DNA of 58,881 bases from Ancylonema sp. (lineage: Eukaryota), in assembly GCA_050230475.1 (NCBI GenBank), contig JBFLGF010000108.1:62001-120881 (forward strand), written 5' to 3'. The notes under the pieces are model-generated. The model was not told where the DNA came from and ran no database searches. It saw nothing but the letters and a program-made list of their open reading frames with translations. The translations under genes and the position numbers were made by a program. Below are positions 18,655 through 33,000 of the stretch, piece after piece. How positions within the stretch are numbered: position 1 is the stretch's first letter; every line of letters starts with the position of its first letter.

Positions 18655-19812
18655 CCCAGCCGCGACAGAGGGGGGATCGGTACGCCCACCAAGTCGGGTT
18701 GTTACCTCCGCGCCAACCGCGCGGCGGCCCACCACGCAACCGCGCGGTGGCCAACCCCGACCGCGCTCATATTGGTAACGGTGGGCCAAACCGGGAGGCT
18801 TTTGGCCAACCGCAAGCCAACTCCCACCCGGTTGGCGAACTCCCACCCGGATGGGATTCGGTTGGGGCGGCTGGGTTGCGGTTGGGGTGCGGTTGGGTGC
18901 GGTTGGGTGCGGTTGGGTATTTTCAAAAAAGGAAAAGAAAAAAGAAAAAATATTTTTTTTGTTTTGTATCCTCTCCGTCTCTCTCCCTATAAGTACAAAT
19001 TTATAATAGGATATGGCGTACAAACTTCTTATTATACTTTCTTCTTTCAATATCTGTGTATCATACGTGAAGGGTTCCTTTCGGATACCTTTCGGTTCCT
19101 ACATATAATTATTGCCTTTCACGTGCTCATTTTGTGAACCATCCCATACTCATTTACGATGTGTACTTGTTTATAACGTTTGTTAAAAACATACATCATT
19201 CTTCCACACTCGTAAATTTCCATTCCCCCCCCCCCCCACAATTCTCCACATTTTAATAGAGCGTTCATGAAGGGATTTCAAGGGGACATTAACAATGTGT
19301 TCCATATTGTCATATATCTTGTTTACTCTACCAATAAGAATATATATGTTGTCTATAAGAAGAGGTCAAGAAGACAAGAAGTAGAGGACGAACATCAGAA
19401 TGGAAACAAAGAAGGGAAGAACGGATTCGGTGGCAGAGAAGCCTTCCCATAAATGAACTACGTGTGTCGGTATTTAACTTCGATGGTTTTTTTTTTATAT
19501 AACGCAGTTCTTGAAATTTTCGTGTTGCAATTCAATTTTGGACCCTACTTTTGAATTTAGATTTATGAAATTTTCGTTATTTTTTGCCATTTTACCGACC
19601 GCTCAACCGCATCCCACCCGGGTGGCACCTTCCCAACCGGGTGGTGGTTGGAATGCGGCTGGGAAAAAGCCACCCGGTTGGGCCCAACCGAAACGATCGG
19701 GTGCAGTTGGGCGCGGATGGTACTTTACCTACCGCGGTGAAAAATGCGGAGGTAACAACCCTACCACCAAGAAGGCAGGCTGCGAGTTATTTCAAACCGG
19801 TTCGCGGCAAGG
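18655..19812. mobile_element. Probable non-autonomous DNA transposon with CAACCG/CGGTTG subterminal repeats
   Basis: Inverted 16-mer GGGTTGTTACCTCCGC (~18696) / GCGGAGGTAACAACCC (~19746) and CAACCG clusters at both ends around an AT-rich core; exact termini and TSD not resolved. Confidence 0.55.
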
Positions 19813-20115
19813 AGACAAACTAAAAATTGAAAATTGAAGCTGCGAAATTGCTACACCACGCAGGGGTAACGCAAAAATATGTGTGTACTGGTGTGTTTTC
19901 GTGATTGTTCCCTGTCCACCAGTGGAGCTCAGTGAATGCTAAGGTTAGCTCATTACAGAATCGAGATTCACTGAGCCACAGTTGTAACCTGTGTCTGTAA
20001 GCAGGTAGTACTGATCTAGACTCGACGCGACCCTGCTCAGACTTGCTTAGCAGACCCTGTCGTTCAGTCTGAATGGTTGCAGTCCTCACTATGACAGTAT
20101 TTCAAGAGGTTTAGG

Positions 20116-23100
20116 ATGACGAGGCTTGACAGAGCTCGCCTACTGAAGGAAGCCGAACCTCCTCCCTTGCGGGAACACGTGCCAACGCCAACGAAAAGGA
20201 AAAGGGATATTTTGAGCCAGATTTTAAGTCAGAACGGGAGTACCCCGAAAAAACGTGCTACTGTAGTGGACCAAGGATGGAATTTCAAATACTCCAACGG
20301 GTTCGATATTTCAGCTCAGTTGTCAACCCCCAAAAAACAATCCGCAGTTCTTAGCAGCCAGTTTCGTGGCAGAGTATTCCATAGCACCTTTTCTCGTTTT
20401 CAAGGCAACCAAGCCGCTGCCAGCGCTCCTATTGCCGCCTGGCAGACCACTATAAACGGATCGTGGGCAGCGTCTCAAGTTCGTCGATCCGTGTTAGGAC
20501 CCGAACATACTGCGTCTACAAAGAGTTGGTTTCCCTCCTCTTTGAATACACCCACCGGGTTCAGTGGCCACGTTGGTATGTCTGACATACGAGATCGAAG
20601 AGTTGGAGAGCAGAAGTCGGAAGAGGTAGTCTTTGACACTTTAGGTCTGCAGGTGCGAAGCAAAACTTACATGGCGAGCAAACCTTCTCAAGATTATTTG
20701 GACTACCAGAAGCTGATTGCGAGCAAGGCGGTATATGGATCTCCTGGTCTGCACGCAAATGTGGCGAGTGCGATCAGGGACCAGCATGGAGGAGCCTCTG
20801 AGGACCCCAGCCAGTCACACGACCCGTCGACAGAGCTGCAGCTTGGCACCGCTGGGTTGAAGGAAGCAGAGCAGGACAAAGGAGAGGCCGAACCTGCTGC
20901 GGCGATCACAGAGGACTCTGCAAGTGTTATTCCAGCCAAGTGGAAGGTATTGCTACAAGAGGCAAACAATCCTAGCCATTCTCGAGCTCAAGCAAGTAGG
21001 CAGGACGAGATTGATCTGCTGTTGAAGCGAAAGGAAATAGCCAGAAGTGATTACGAGAAGGTAACAGCAGAGATTCGGAAGAGGAGGGAGGCTGCAACAG
21101 CATTGGCTGAAAAACTGAAGACAGGTTTAGTGGTCAAGGTACGCCATCTTCCTCATGTTCTTGTACCATCATGGCTGGTTAAACTGTTTATGCAGATTTT
21201 GTGAAGTCCTGTCAATAAATGAATCGTTTTTTGCAGGATGCAGAATGTATGGGGTAAGAGTGCAATCGCCCCCTATCACCTGTAACCTTGTTTTGAGGAG
21301 GGTGCACTGCAGGACAAAAGTTTATCAAAAGAAGCAGAGGAGGAGGTCAGCTTGGCACTAGCACCAGGACCAAAGTATGGTACCAATCTTTATGCACTGG
21401 TAGCATACATTTTTTCGCTTGTGGAAGAGTAGTGAATGTAGTGTTTCTCACTTCGGCCTTCTTCTTCCCTGTGACAGTGTCCGGCTGGTTGAGCACATTG
21501 GCTCGAGCATTGTCATCACAAGGGAGACCTGGAAGGTCATGCGGCCTGGGGGCTGGCTCAACGATGAGGTAGGCAGATTGGTGGTGCTACGCTCAGTGCC
21601 CGGATACCTCGCTTCTGCCCGGATACCTCTTTTTCACAACATAATATTTAGTTCTGGTGCTTGTGTGCTCCATAGGTTGTGAACGTGTACATGGAGCTTT
21701 TGAAGGAGAGGGAACAGCGGTCACCAAACTATCAGCCCAAGTGTCACTTCTTCAACAGCTTCTTCTACCCCAAGGTGTGGCCACCTTTGTGGAGCAAACG
21801 GAGCACTGCTGTCAACGGTTCCTGGCAGGACGTGATTATACTTGTTGATTGTGGTCACTTGTGTTTTCATTCCGTCCGTCAGCATTTGGGGTGGATTGAA
21901 TTGTGTGCGGTTACCAACTTGCAGGCAGACGGAGGTCGTTTCTCTGATTTGTTTTTAAACACTTTCTCTAACAACTTGCTGGACATACATCAACCAGCAG
22001 ATGCAGTGGGAACTCATTCTCTCCTGCTTTTGCAATTTCCTCTGCCCACTGAAGCTCTACTCGTCCTCGGGTGAATACAACTACAAGGGTGTGAAGCGGT
22101 GGACTAGCGCAAAAAAACTGGGCTATGCGCTCAGCGATTGTGACAAGGTAGGTCCACTTTCATGGGAACAGACCGCATACAATTCGTCCTTTCAATCTGA
22201 AGTTCCATCCTTTGGGTCGGCTATGCAGCTGGTCACGCAATGCTCTTTTCCTGAATTGCAGGTCATTGTACCCATTCACCTCTCTGTGCACTGGACCCTG
22301 GCTGTCATCAATCTGCGAGACAAGTGCTTCTACTTCCTGGACTCCATGTTTGGAGACGACCGTGGATGTTTGGAACATCTGGTGTGTTGTCAATACCTAG
22401 GGATGGTGGGGCACTTCCACATTGTGAAGCGCTGATGATTGCTGGACGGGCTTGGTTGCAGGCTCAATATATTGTGGATGAGGTGAAGGACAAGAGTGGG
22501 AAGACCCAAGATGTGTCCTCGTGGAAGACAACTGCACCGCAGAACATACCGGCTCAAATGAATGGGTAGGCAGCTGCAGAATCTGTATACCGAAACCACC
22601 AGATATGATTATCCGAGAATCCGGGGAATGGTTTGAACATAAAACAGCCAAATTCGGTGTATCTGTAATTTGTCTCTTTTCTATTCGTGAAGTTCAATAA
22701 ATAAATCATGATCCATCCCCAAATGCCTCTCAAACAGGGCACTACAAGCCTTCTAAACTTGATCCAGGCTGGCATTTTCTTGTATTTTCTGTTCTGCTCC
22801 AGTCAAAATTATTTTGTCTTTGGATCATCACCTTTGGTCTTCACGGCTTTTCTTTCAGCATTTCATGATTTGAACCAACTGTTCTGCCATTTGATTTTCT
22901 GTTTGTATCAACCCAGGTGTGATTGCGGAGTTTTCATGGTGAAGTACGCCGATTATGAAGCGAGAGATGCACCGTTTGACTTTTCTCAGGTGAATGGATG
23001 ACATCGTAGCTGTCTTCATGTTGTAGTGCTTGTATTGTTTGTTTGAGTGGATGAAGAAGTAGCTTTCTGTATGCTGTATTGCTTGTATCTTTTGTAAGCA

Positions 23101-23245
23101 AGTTTGAGTTGGGATTCGGGTTATGTGTGACGGTACTTCATTGATAATTGACCTCAATATGTGATAATGCCTTGTACAGGATGACATGCCAAACTTGAGA
23201 AGACAAATGGTGTATGAGATTCTTAAGCTACGAGTGGAGGACTGA
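20116..23245 (+). CDS. ULP1: SUMO protease, peptidase C48 (ULP1/ESD4-like), about 9 exons
   Basis: Spliced motifs: MRPGGWLNDE|VVNVYMELLKERE, CHFFNSFFYPK, VKRWT, VIVPIHLSVHWTLAVIN...FLDS (catalytic His, Asp), PAQMNG|CDCGVF (Gln, Cys), MPNLRRQMVYEILKLRVED*. Confidence 0.92.
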
Positions 23246-24371
23246 CACGGCCTGAAAGACAAGGACGGTGGCGGGGATGATATTGATAACCTTGTACATA
23301 AGTTTTTACCTTTTCCAGACTATGAGTCGTTAGATCTGTCAGGCCTTCAACTGATGACCAACCGGTTTTGCTGTTTTTGATATACATACATCAGCGGGCA
23401 AGACAGGTTCAATGCAACTGATGTCCGTTGCAATGCAAGTGAAAGTTTTTACGTGCATTGGCAGAGTTTGACCTAGGGCTGCAATTTATCTGCACTGCAG
23501 TTGCATTGCAGTGTTTACCGAAGTGTCTATCAACATCCTGTCAACAGATCACTATCTGTTGACCTACATGTTCATCACCTTTTATTATGTCTGTGCGGGC
23601 GAGTGTATTTTGCCCATACCCAAAACATTGCATGCTTATTCAGTCCGGTACGTTATTCCGGATACAGTGTAAGTCTATGTATTTCGCTTCTGTGAAAGAT
23701 GGTATTCCGAACCTCCTCACGACCTATGCCCTTGGCTCACCAAGGGCATAGGCCCTGTAAGTTAGCTTGGAGTGATAGATCGGAGACAAATTCACGGCAT
23801 GCTCCATGCGCTGATGCAATTTCTCAAAATGCAAAACAAATGGATAGAAGAGACAAAATATGACATCTTCAGTTAATTCCTTCAGCTAATCTTATCGATC
23901 TGGTATATGCCCATATTGATTTCCATGAACATCACCTGGTGTTGCAAAATGCAAAGCTTCAAAGCGAGAGATGTACTGCAAACAGATTAAGAAAATTTTC
24001 AGCCAACGATCCTGAACCAAGTCATAACTTATTTGTAACATTCATCCTGCGACTCAGGGCAAGGCTGCATGCTGAGTAGCTGCCCAAGATTTCAACAAAT
24101 TCCCGATAATGACTAAGAGCAAATGGAGATAGTCAGGAGACATTCATTTTTCCTGCCTGCTAGCAATCAAGGCCACATTCTTGGTAGTAAGTCTCTACTT
24201 CCAGCTTACGTCAGAACTCTCAAAAAGAGGCCACCTAATCAGTGCATCCACGCCCGAATAAGCTATTTGACTCCAACCTGTTACTCAATCCTCTCAGCGA
24301 CGTGCTTCACCCAATAATGTTCACGTTGAATGGCATCAGCATGGCTGATAGTGTGTGCTTCCTAAATCTAT

Positions 24372-25325
24372 TCATACACTATCGAATTCGGTTGTGTTCA
24401 AAATGCCGAAGGTGGAGCTTTGATCTATCAGGGCCCTCGACAATATATAATGGTTTGGGCCTCTGTGGGAACCTGCTGCCGCATCAGCCGTCAGAGAAGT
24501 TTGGCTTCCCAGATTGACGGGCTCTGTGACTCCGTAAAGTTTCCCATGAATCCCCGCCGCTGACATCTGTTCGTTGCCACCTTGCTCGTGCCTGTCCCAG
24601 GCGCCTGCAAACCCATTCACATCGTCGTGCTCCGCAATGATCTGCTCGACAAATGAGGGGCCATGCTGATTCTGCTGCGCCTCAGCAGCCTCTACAACTC
24701 GACTAATTTTTATTACAGCTGCAGCTAGACGCCTTTCAAGCACACCGTAGGTTGTCTCTGCTCGGGTCAGTCTCCGATGGAGTGACGCACCTAAGAAGGA
24801 TACGAAACGTTTACACAAATCAGCGAAGTGCCGTCCCTAACGGACAATTGGAAGCATGGATGTATGTAAATTACGGCAGGGTACTAGAATATTGGTGTAT
24901 TAAGTTTATTCTGTACCAGCAACGCACAACTGCATTTTTCATAGTCCCATAAGCGCATCGGAGTCAAGATAGATATAGCACGCTATCAAGTGCTGTTTAT
25001 TTCAGCCCCCAAACTTACCGTGTTCCAAAGTTTTAGTCTCGTCCTTATCGTCTATCAACTTCTCCGACCCGGATGACACTGGCCGTAACTGATCAAGGTC
25101 TCTCCGCACATGTTCTAGTAACAGTGCTGCTCCTTGTGCATGACGTGCAATTGCTCTTGAAGATAACTCCTCAATTTCATTTTCTAACCGCTTCGCCTCT
25201 TCCTGCAGCACCTCGGCACGAGAATCTTCGAGGTCTGAACTACACACCGCTGTGATAGAGTCTATATTTTCTAGAGAAGCAAGAGGGGAACGGAGTCTCT
25301 TCTCAACTGGGGCTGCGGTAGCCAT
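24372..25325 (-). CDS. Small coiled-coil protein, possibly kinetochore MIS12-complex subunit NSL1-like
   Basis: Exon 25325-25019 ends at a GTAAGT donor; a downstream exon from ~24758 joins in frame (ETTYGVLERRLAAAVIKISRVVEAAE). A middle exon may be missed. The product call rests on loose pattern resemblance only. Confidence 0.55.
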
Positions 25326-25482
25326 TTTCTTGGATTTCCTAAGAGTGTGAGCAGAAACGGTACTTTGTCATTCAAATGTTTGAGCGGGACCCATCGCTTG
25401 GGGTGAGGAGCCCGCTACGTTAACATGACATAAATCATGTTACAGTAAACCCTTGATATAGTCATAATTTTATAGAAAATAT

Positions 25483-26552
25483 ATTATTATTATTATTATT
25501 TTTGCGGAGATATATTTTATTAAAGCACGATGGGAACCCCATCTGAGTACAACACCAACGTTATCGTACCAACCTAACGGAACAGAAGAAGGAAAATAAC
25601 CCCAACACTAAAACAACCGAGCAACAATACTTAACTCTGCTGACGACAATAACACCCGCGGAGGGGGGGGAGGTAACAGAGCCATACCCTCTTCCAATCG
25701 CAACGTCCTAGCATGGATTGCATGTGCTAGAGAACGTTGTAAAGCAACACATAAACTCTCTGCCGAAACCAAGTAACTAACAAACTAACATTCCGCCCCG
25801 ATCGCCCATTCAGTTGCGCCGCACGGTGAGCACAATCCACCAACAACCGATTGCTTGCATCGGAAAGCGCACCGTACGTCTCTCTAACGCAAACGGGATA
25901 AACACTTGGTCCCCCTGCCGCGCGATCACGATAGTGAGTTTCTTTGCGCCGTTTTGCATCTTCTGCGGCCACCAACCCTCTTGACAAGCCGCGCGCAATC
26001 CACCAAGTCACGCCGCGTGGGGTCAGCACAATGACCATATCCACCAAAATATGCCCCTCCACCAAATCCGAAATAACAATATCCACTCGGCCCCCACGAC
26101 CGCCAGGAGCGGAAGACGGAAGAAACCCCGTACGTTCACGTTGAACATGTTGACCCGACTCGCGGAGGATGTGATATACGGAATCTCGCACCGAGTCATG
26201 AGATGAAGTGCGCCCCCCCCCTCGACTGCAGCGCAAAAGATGCGTACCCAGGGCGTCCATAGAGTTGCCGCACGCGCACGTATCATAGGTAGCAAGGCAA
26301 GGGTGGGGAAACCCGAGGCGCACGCGCACGGCAGTAAGGAATAGGGGAGGGGGGATACGAAGGGAGGGAATGATGGGGGACGCCTGTAGCCAATGACCCG
26401 CACCGGGTCCACTGGCGGACCGAAGCGAGATCGGTGCTCGTCTAAAGGAATACTGTCCCACAAGCACCTCAAACGGAGCAGCGTGGGTAGCATCAAGAAG
26501 TGTCGGTTGCAAGTGAGGACCAAGGTGGCATATGGAGGCAGTGCCGCGCGAG
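25483..26552 (-). mobile_element. 5'-truncated non-LTR retrotransposon with restriction-like endonuclease (CRE-like)
   Basis: ORF 25727-26512 has CACG..HLLRC, HDSVRD, GRVDIV..LVD and KRRKETHY; (ATA)n tail at 25483-25500; degenerate TSD TATAGAAAATAT (25471-25482) / TATGGAAAATGT (26553-26564). Confidence 0.85.
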
Positions 26553-26594
26553 TATGGAAAATGTGAGTATATCGAATGCCAAGGGTGTCACTAA

Positions 26595-27583
26595 TAGGGT
26601 GGCGGTAACCCGCTTTTTTTTTGTCCGGTTCAAAAATAACCCGCATATACCCTCAAGTAACCCGCAAATACCCTACCGTACCCCTACTTCCCCCACCGTA
26701 CCCTCAAAACCCCTTAAGTACCCGGAAATATCCCTAAAACCCCTCAAAAACCCGGAATAACCCTAGCATATCCTAACAACCAATCCTATCCTATCCTATC
26801 ACATCATAATAAAAGCTAGAAAAAAGTCCCAATATTAAAAAAACAATCTTTGCATTACTAAAATTTGAATGTTAATTGAGTCTCTTTAAAAAACACGCAA
26901 TTGTAAAGCCTAGACGTTGTACACACGAGTATTTGACGGTATCGTTCTAAATAAAATGGAGCATGTCAACCATAGTGACTCGCTCATCTTATTCTTCCGA
27001 AAAATCCACATTCCGCCGAAAGTGTTCCACACATTTCTCATGAGATGGTTCTTCTTCACCAACTTACTCTTGCGTATCAAGTGACATGTCCATAACGAAA
27101 AATGGTTGCTACTCTGTCCCCACGCCTCAAAAAAAATTCAGCCACCCACCCACATAGGTATCCACGACCTCTACACAAGTCCGATCCAGACAGCCTCTTG
27201 ACTCTCAAAGGCGCCAGTGAAAACTTGTCGCCGACAACGAAGATATGGTTCGCGCTGTTCGCAACAAGGTTTTCTGGGCCATGGCCAGGCCGCACAAATT
27301 CGTAACTGAAAAGTAGGCGATAAGAGACCTATAAATTACAAAAATAACCCAGAAGAACCTACCATAACCTACCGTGATGTACCCTGGAATACCGTCAAAT
27401 ACCCTCAAAGACCCTCATATACCCTCAAATACCCTGGGGTGTTCCGGATATTTTCGGGTACAAGGGTTCTTCCGGGTTATTGCGGGTTTTTTACCCGGTT
27501 TTTGGATGCCGGGTTATTTGCGGGTCAATACCTCAGGGTTACGGGTTAAGGGTTTTCCGGGTTAAAAGTAGACCGCCACCCTA
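26595..27583. mobile_element. hAT-type non-autonomous element
   Basis: TIR TAGGGTGGCGGT / ACCGCCACCCTA; TSD GTCACTAA / GTCACTAT; ACCC/GGGT subterminal repeats. Confidence 0.85.
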
Positions 27584-27684
27584 GTCACTATACACTATAT
27601 CATAGATGTACACGCCCGTCAAAATCTCCGTCGAGCGGCGCCCACGGGCGGAACGCGGGCGAGAATGTCCACGTGGCGTGCGCG

Positions 27685-28740
27685 TGACGTGCCAGATATG
27701 ACGTGCCAGATAGGATCGATAGGGTAAAGGGTCGTTGATGACGTAATCATTTGATGTATGACGTCATAACGTAGTCCATCGACCTGAAGTGGTGAATATC
27801 GATATCGATGACTTTGTAAGTGTAACTGGGCATCTGCCCTAACTAAGGAGTTTGACACGCTTGAATCGCGGCAGACCGAAACGTCGACAGGAACGGTAAC
27901 TTGACTCGTTACTCTCTCGCTGCGGGCAAGCAGACAATGCTATCGACACTCTGAGGATTCTAAAAGAGTGTGAAGCAATACAATAACTAAGTAAGAGCAC
28001 TATAGTTATCGGTCGGCGATCAGCTATCTATGTGTAAGTCTTAATTGCTTGTAATCTGCAGCAAAAAAGGACTTTCGGTCTGCAAACTGAGTGTAGCTCT
28101 GACTTGCGTCGTGTAAATGAGCACAAAGGGTAATTCACGAAAGCGAAGTAAACAGACTAAAGCACGATGAGCGACAACTCGGATGTGCAAGCAGTAAAGA
28201 CAATCAATCACACTATGCAAGCAAGCAGATTGCAAGGCAAAGCACACTACACAGAGATACAGATTACACGTGAGGCAAGATAGGATGCAAGTCTCTTCAG
28301 CGTTAGATTCAGCGAAAGCTGAATTCAGAGTTCGAAGTACAAAGGTTACATTCAAAGTTCTACAGACGACGCTAGACGCGTGTCGAAGACGCGTGTCAAT
28401 CTACAATTCAATCTCCTGAAATATGCCTCGCGCGCAAATGTCTTATCTACAATATCTATCGTCGGATATTCATAGACGGCTAACATTTATGACAAGTCAT
28501 CACAAGTTGATTGCTGACTAGTACAAAGGTGCCACGTCGGATCGGCTAAACAAATCTAATTCAAATATTGAGCGGGGGCGCAGGCTGACAATTGGAGCTC
28601 GGGAGCGGGACCGGCAAGCGGGGCGGAAGTTGTAGTGCGGCGGACCTCTTGATTTGGCGCGGCGCAAACGTGATTTAATATAGGGAGAGATTGAGTAGAT
28701 ATTAGGGGTAAAATAGCTAACGATCTCAGACGTCGTGACA
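27685..28740 (-). repeat. A2+B2 repeat block
   Basis: 27845-28740 matches 42511-43423; 27699-27844 matches 28743-28848 plus 35474-35512; the whole block matches 15384-16427 inverted. Confidence 0.9.
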
Positions 28741-30029
28741 GCTAACGTGCCAGATAGGATCGATAGGGTAAAGGGTCGTTGATGACGTAATCGTTGATGT
28801 ATGACGTCATAATGTAGTCCATCGACATGAATTGGTGAATGTCGATATTATAAGCTTTTGAGTGATTAGACGTGCCGGAATAATTAGGTGGGCGACAAAA
28901 CGAACGGTACGCAAAAGGATCTCTATCACTGATGATCAACGAGACAGGAGTTGCGTGTGTGGAACGATTTATTATTGTGATTGCATCGGGGATGGTAATC
29001 CCCGATGCGCTTTACAGATTGTTGTGTGCCGACGGTCGGCACAATTGACCGTCGGCCTATCATTGACTGACAGCTCTTCTACATGTCAACGGCACATGCG
29101 CCGGACATTTCTGACACGAAAACAAGCCAATCACGACGCTTCAAACAAATAACGTCTCTAAGCGTCGGAAACATGTCAGGTGCCCGGGCACAAACTTGCC
29201 CGGCCCCGCATACAGGCACATCTAGAATATTGCTCCCGGTTAGAGTAACCGGTCACAACTGGACTAGCACACATAACATATGGCTATCCAAAATATTCTA
29301 ACACACCCACTCGGATGCCATGCTAAAGTTGGCATAGATGCAGACATCAAAAGGAGTACCCAAGTCATTGCCAAATCATGGCAGAACCATTGCATAACAT
29401 ATACAACAGTTTTAGTCTTCCCTAGCATACAAGCGTGCTAGGGGTTTCTATCAATAACTGCAGCCGTTCGGAAGACGATCGGAAGACGATCGGAAGCCGA
29501 TCGGAACTCCAGAAGACGATCGCTCCAGATCCTTAGTCGTTTTTGGGCGGAGCCCTGAACATACAAACAAATGCCTCAAGTTAGGCGAAAAACAAAAAAA
29601 CTTATGAAAATATTTTTTGATTTCTTAACTTTTTCAACTTCACGATTCTGAAACTTCACTTTCCAGTCAGAAAAATCTCAAAACAGCATAAAAAATTACC
29701 CAGTCCATCAGCACCACTTTTTGTTGACACAAGTTGCAACAATGATTAGGACATACATACGAAAATTCAGAACAAATTGACAAGTTTAAAGTTGAGCAGA
29801 TCCACACTTTCTGATTTTAAAAAAGTGTCCTTAAGCGTTTTCAAGTGTCTTTTCAAGGTATTAAGGTGAAAGTGTGACTTAGCTGGATGATCTGACGTTG
29901 GTGTACCCTCCCCATTACTTCTGCCTGGAAAGAAACATAACAACACACCCCCTGCCAACATGCATGGCCTTCGAAACCTTCGATCATAAAAATAAAAGAC
30001 ACTACTGACACCCCCAGTTCAGTATAACC

Positions 30030-33000
30030 GTCCAAAACCTAGACTTTTGCTGTGTCTGTCCAGTAAAAAACTTGGGGAAGAGCTTTAGTTAGCATATCTG
30101 CTGGGTTGATTGGCGCCTGCAAGATACACATATTTTAGTCTCCCCCTGTGGCATTCCCGTACCCAGTGATATACCACATTAAAATGTTTTGCTTTCTGTC
30201 TCACAGGATTCTGGATCATGGAGAGAGCTGAGGTTGACAGTGTGGATTGTGTGGGAATTTGAGTTCTTTCAAGAGAGACTTAGATAACAGCATTCTTTAG
30301 ACACACTACAGGCAGCAATATACTCAGCCTCAGCAGTGCTCTGTGCAACAGTTGACTGTTTCTGTGACTTCCAACTCAGTGCTGTCCCCCCAACCGTGGT
30401 TACCCATCCTGTGACTACTGACTTCCCTGTCATGCTACAACTGGTTCCAATGATGCATCGCAGTAACCCTTTACTTCAAATGTGTCTTTTCCCACAAACG
30501 TCAGTCCGTGGTTGACAGTTCCCTTTAAGGTATCTGAAATAGTTGATGTATAACGCCCTTATGTGTGCGACCCCAGGATTTCCCATGTGTTTAGCCAGTA
30601 CCCCAAGTGCATACCATGTCCAGTCTTGTTTTTCATGGCATATATGAGAGATCCCACTTTCCCTCGAAAGTCTGTTATTTCTTCAGGGGTAGGGGGAAGA
30701 GTTGGTTCAACATTCTGTGTGAATTGAGTTCCAGGGGCGAGGCGGAGTTTGGTTGGATTACACTCGTGCATCCCATAGCGTTCAAGCACTCCCCTTAAGA
30801 ATCATGACTGTCCCAGTGTGAGCAGTCTTCTCTGTCAGTCTTCTCCACCCCCAGGATATGGGTTAGGGAACCCAGATCTTTAACTTTGAACTTTTTACCC
30901 ATATCTTCTTTAAAAGTTTTGACGACCATTGCGTGAGGACCTGTGATCACCTGATCATCTACATGTAGTCCCAGGATGATTCTGCTGTCTGCTTCCCCCC
31001 TCATATATATACATGTGTCCATTACGCATTGTGTAAACCCTTCAGATATCATAAACTTTCTGAACATCTCTTGCCACACGTGGCTACTTTGCTTTAGACC
31101 ATATAAAGCTCCCTGAAGTCGTAAGACCTTTCCCTCAGCACCCCCATTGATATACAGACGTGGTGTTATTTTCATGTAAACTTCTTCCTCCAGACGTCCA
31201 TGCAGGAACGCTGTGATTACGTCCATCTGTTCCAGTTCCCAGTCATATTGGTTTGCCAGTCATATTGGTTTGCTATAGAGAGGGATTACTGGTGCAAATA
31301 CTTCATTATAGTCAATACCCTCTTGCTGTAAGAATCGCTGCCCCTGTGCGACCAGTCTGACTTTATATCTTTCAATATCCCCCTGTGGTGTTGTTTTGAC
31401 CTTAAACACATATCTGCACCCCACAGCCTTTTTACCTGGAGGAAGCACACACACCTCAAAGGTGTTGAACGTCTCCAGGGCAGCGAGCTCGTCCACAATG
31501 GCCCTGTCCCACTGGTCCCAGTCTGGCCTCATCATCGCATGGTTGAGGGTGAGTGGCTCGGAGGAGTTGCTGTTAGATGCTACGCATGCGTAGCCCGGAT
31601 CCACAGGACCGTTGAAGCCAGTGTAGAAACTGCTGGGCTCCCACTCAGTCGCTGAGTAGTTGGCGTGTGCTGCGTCATCGAACTCCTCCCCATCACATCA
31701 CATGAGATCCCCATACTCTGCAAAGTTGGCTCGCCTTCTAGCCATCACCCGATCAGCTACGCTGCCAGGCTCCCCCACTCCTGGGTTCGCACCCCCTCCT
31801 TTGCACCTCCTCCTCCCCTGCATCTCCACCTCCTGCGTTGTTGATCCCTGACTGGCCGTCGGACAGCAACAATCGTGGCGTTAGGGACCTCAGCAGCTTG
31901 GTGGCTGGAAGTTTTCGTGCGGATAGTCGATGGCAGCTGCTGGCTCAGGGACTGATGCTTCTGCTGGTGCTGGGATTGGCTGCAGAACTGCTGGCATCGG
32001 TTGCAGAACTGCTGCTGCTGGTATGTTGGGGTGGACTGCTGCTGCTGGCATGTTGGGGTGGACTGCTGCTGCTGGCACAACTGCTGCAGCTGGTTCATCT
32101 TCAGGGTCGGGGAAAAGGTAGAAAAAGTGTTTTTCTGCTGCCTCCTGAATCTGGGGAGCTCTCCCCCCCATCAGCTTCGGGTACCCCGGCACCTCCTCAA
32201 AGAACCGCACGTCCATGCGTGATATCACCCCAGCTCTATGGGGGTCGAAAACATTGTAGCCTGCACTCCCCGCAGCCATCCCCAGAAACACACCAAAGCA
32301 AGTACGAGGGGCAAACTTGTCCCCTTGACTGTTCTTTTCCCCCCCAACCTTCAGATATTGGACCAGACACCCGAAATTATGACTTTTATTAACTGTCATG
32401 TTCTTTCCCTCCCAGACCTCAATTGGAATTCTCCCAGACAGCGACTTAGTGGGTGTTCTGTTCCTCAACCAGTTTGCATGTAATAATGCCACATCCCAAT
32501 AAGACTTCGGTCCTGACCAGATTAATATTATGCATCGCATTTTTTCTGTCAATGTTCTATTCAGCAGTCTTTCACAGATTCCGTTTTGGTTTTCAGGACT
32601 ATATGCTTCTGTGGTTTGCTTGTCAATACCCTTCCCCCCACAGTAGTTTATCCAGTCCTGAGACATATACTCCCCTCCCTTATCTGTCCGTATAGACTGT
32701 AGGGGCAAACCTGACTATACCTCGAGCAATTGTATAGTGACTCTTGCTCGGTTCAGTGCTTCATCCTTTGTTTTTAACAAGCTGACAAATGACAGACGTG
32801 TGGATACCTCTATCCCCTGAGCATATGTAAATCCTCCGTTAGCTGACTTGACAGACAGTGGTCCAATGAGATCCAGGTGAATGCGACCCATCTTGGGGCA
32901 TGTCCCCAGATCCGCACTGACCTTAGCATGACTGAGCTGAGTCATCTTCCCCTGACAACAAACCTGACATCCCTTTACTTCAGTTAATTCCCCCTGACTT

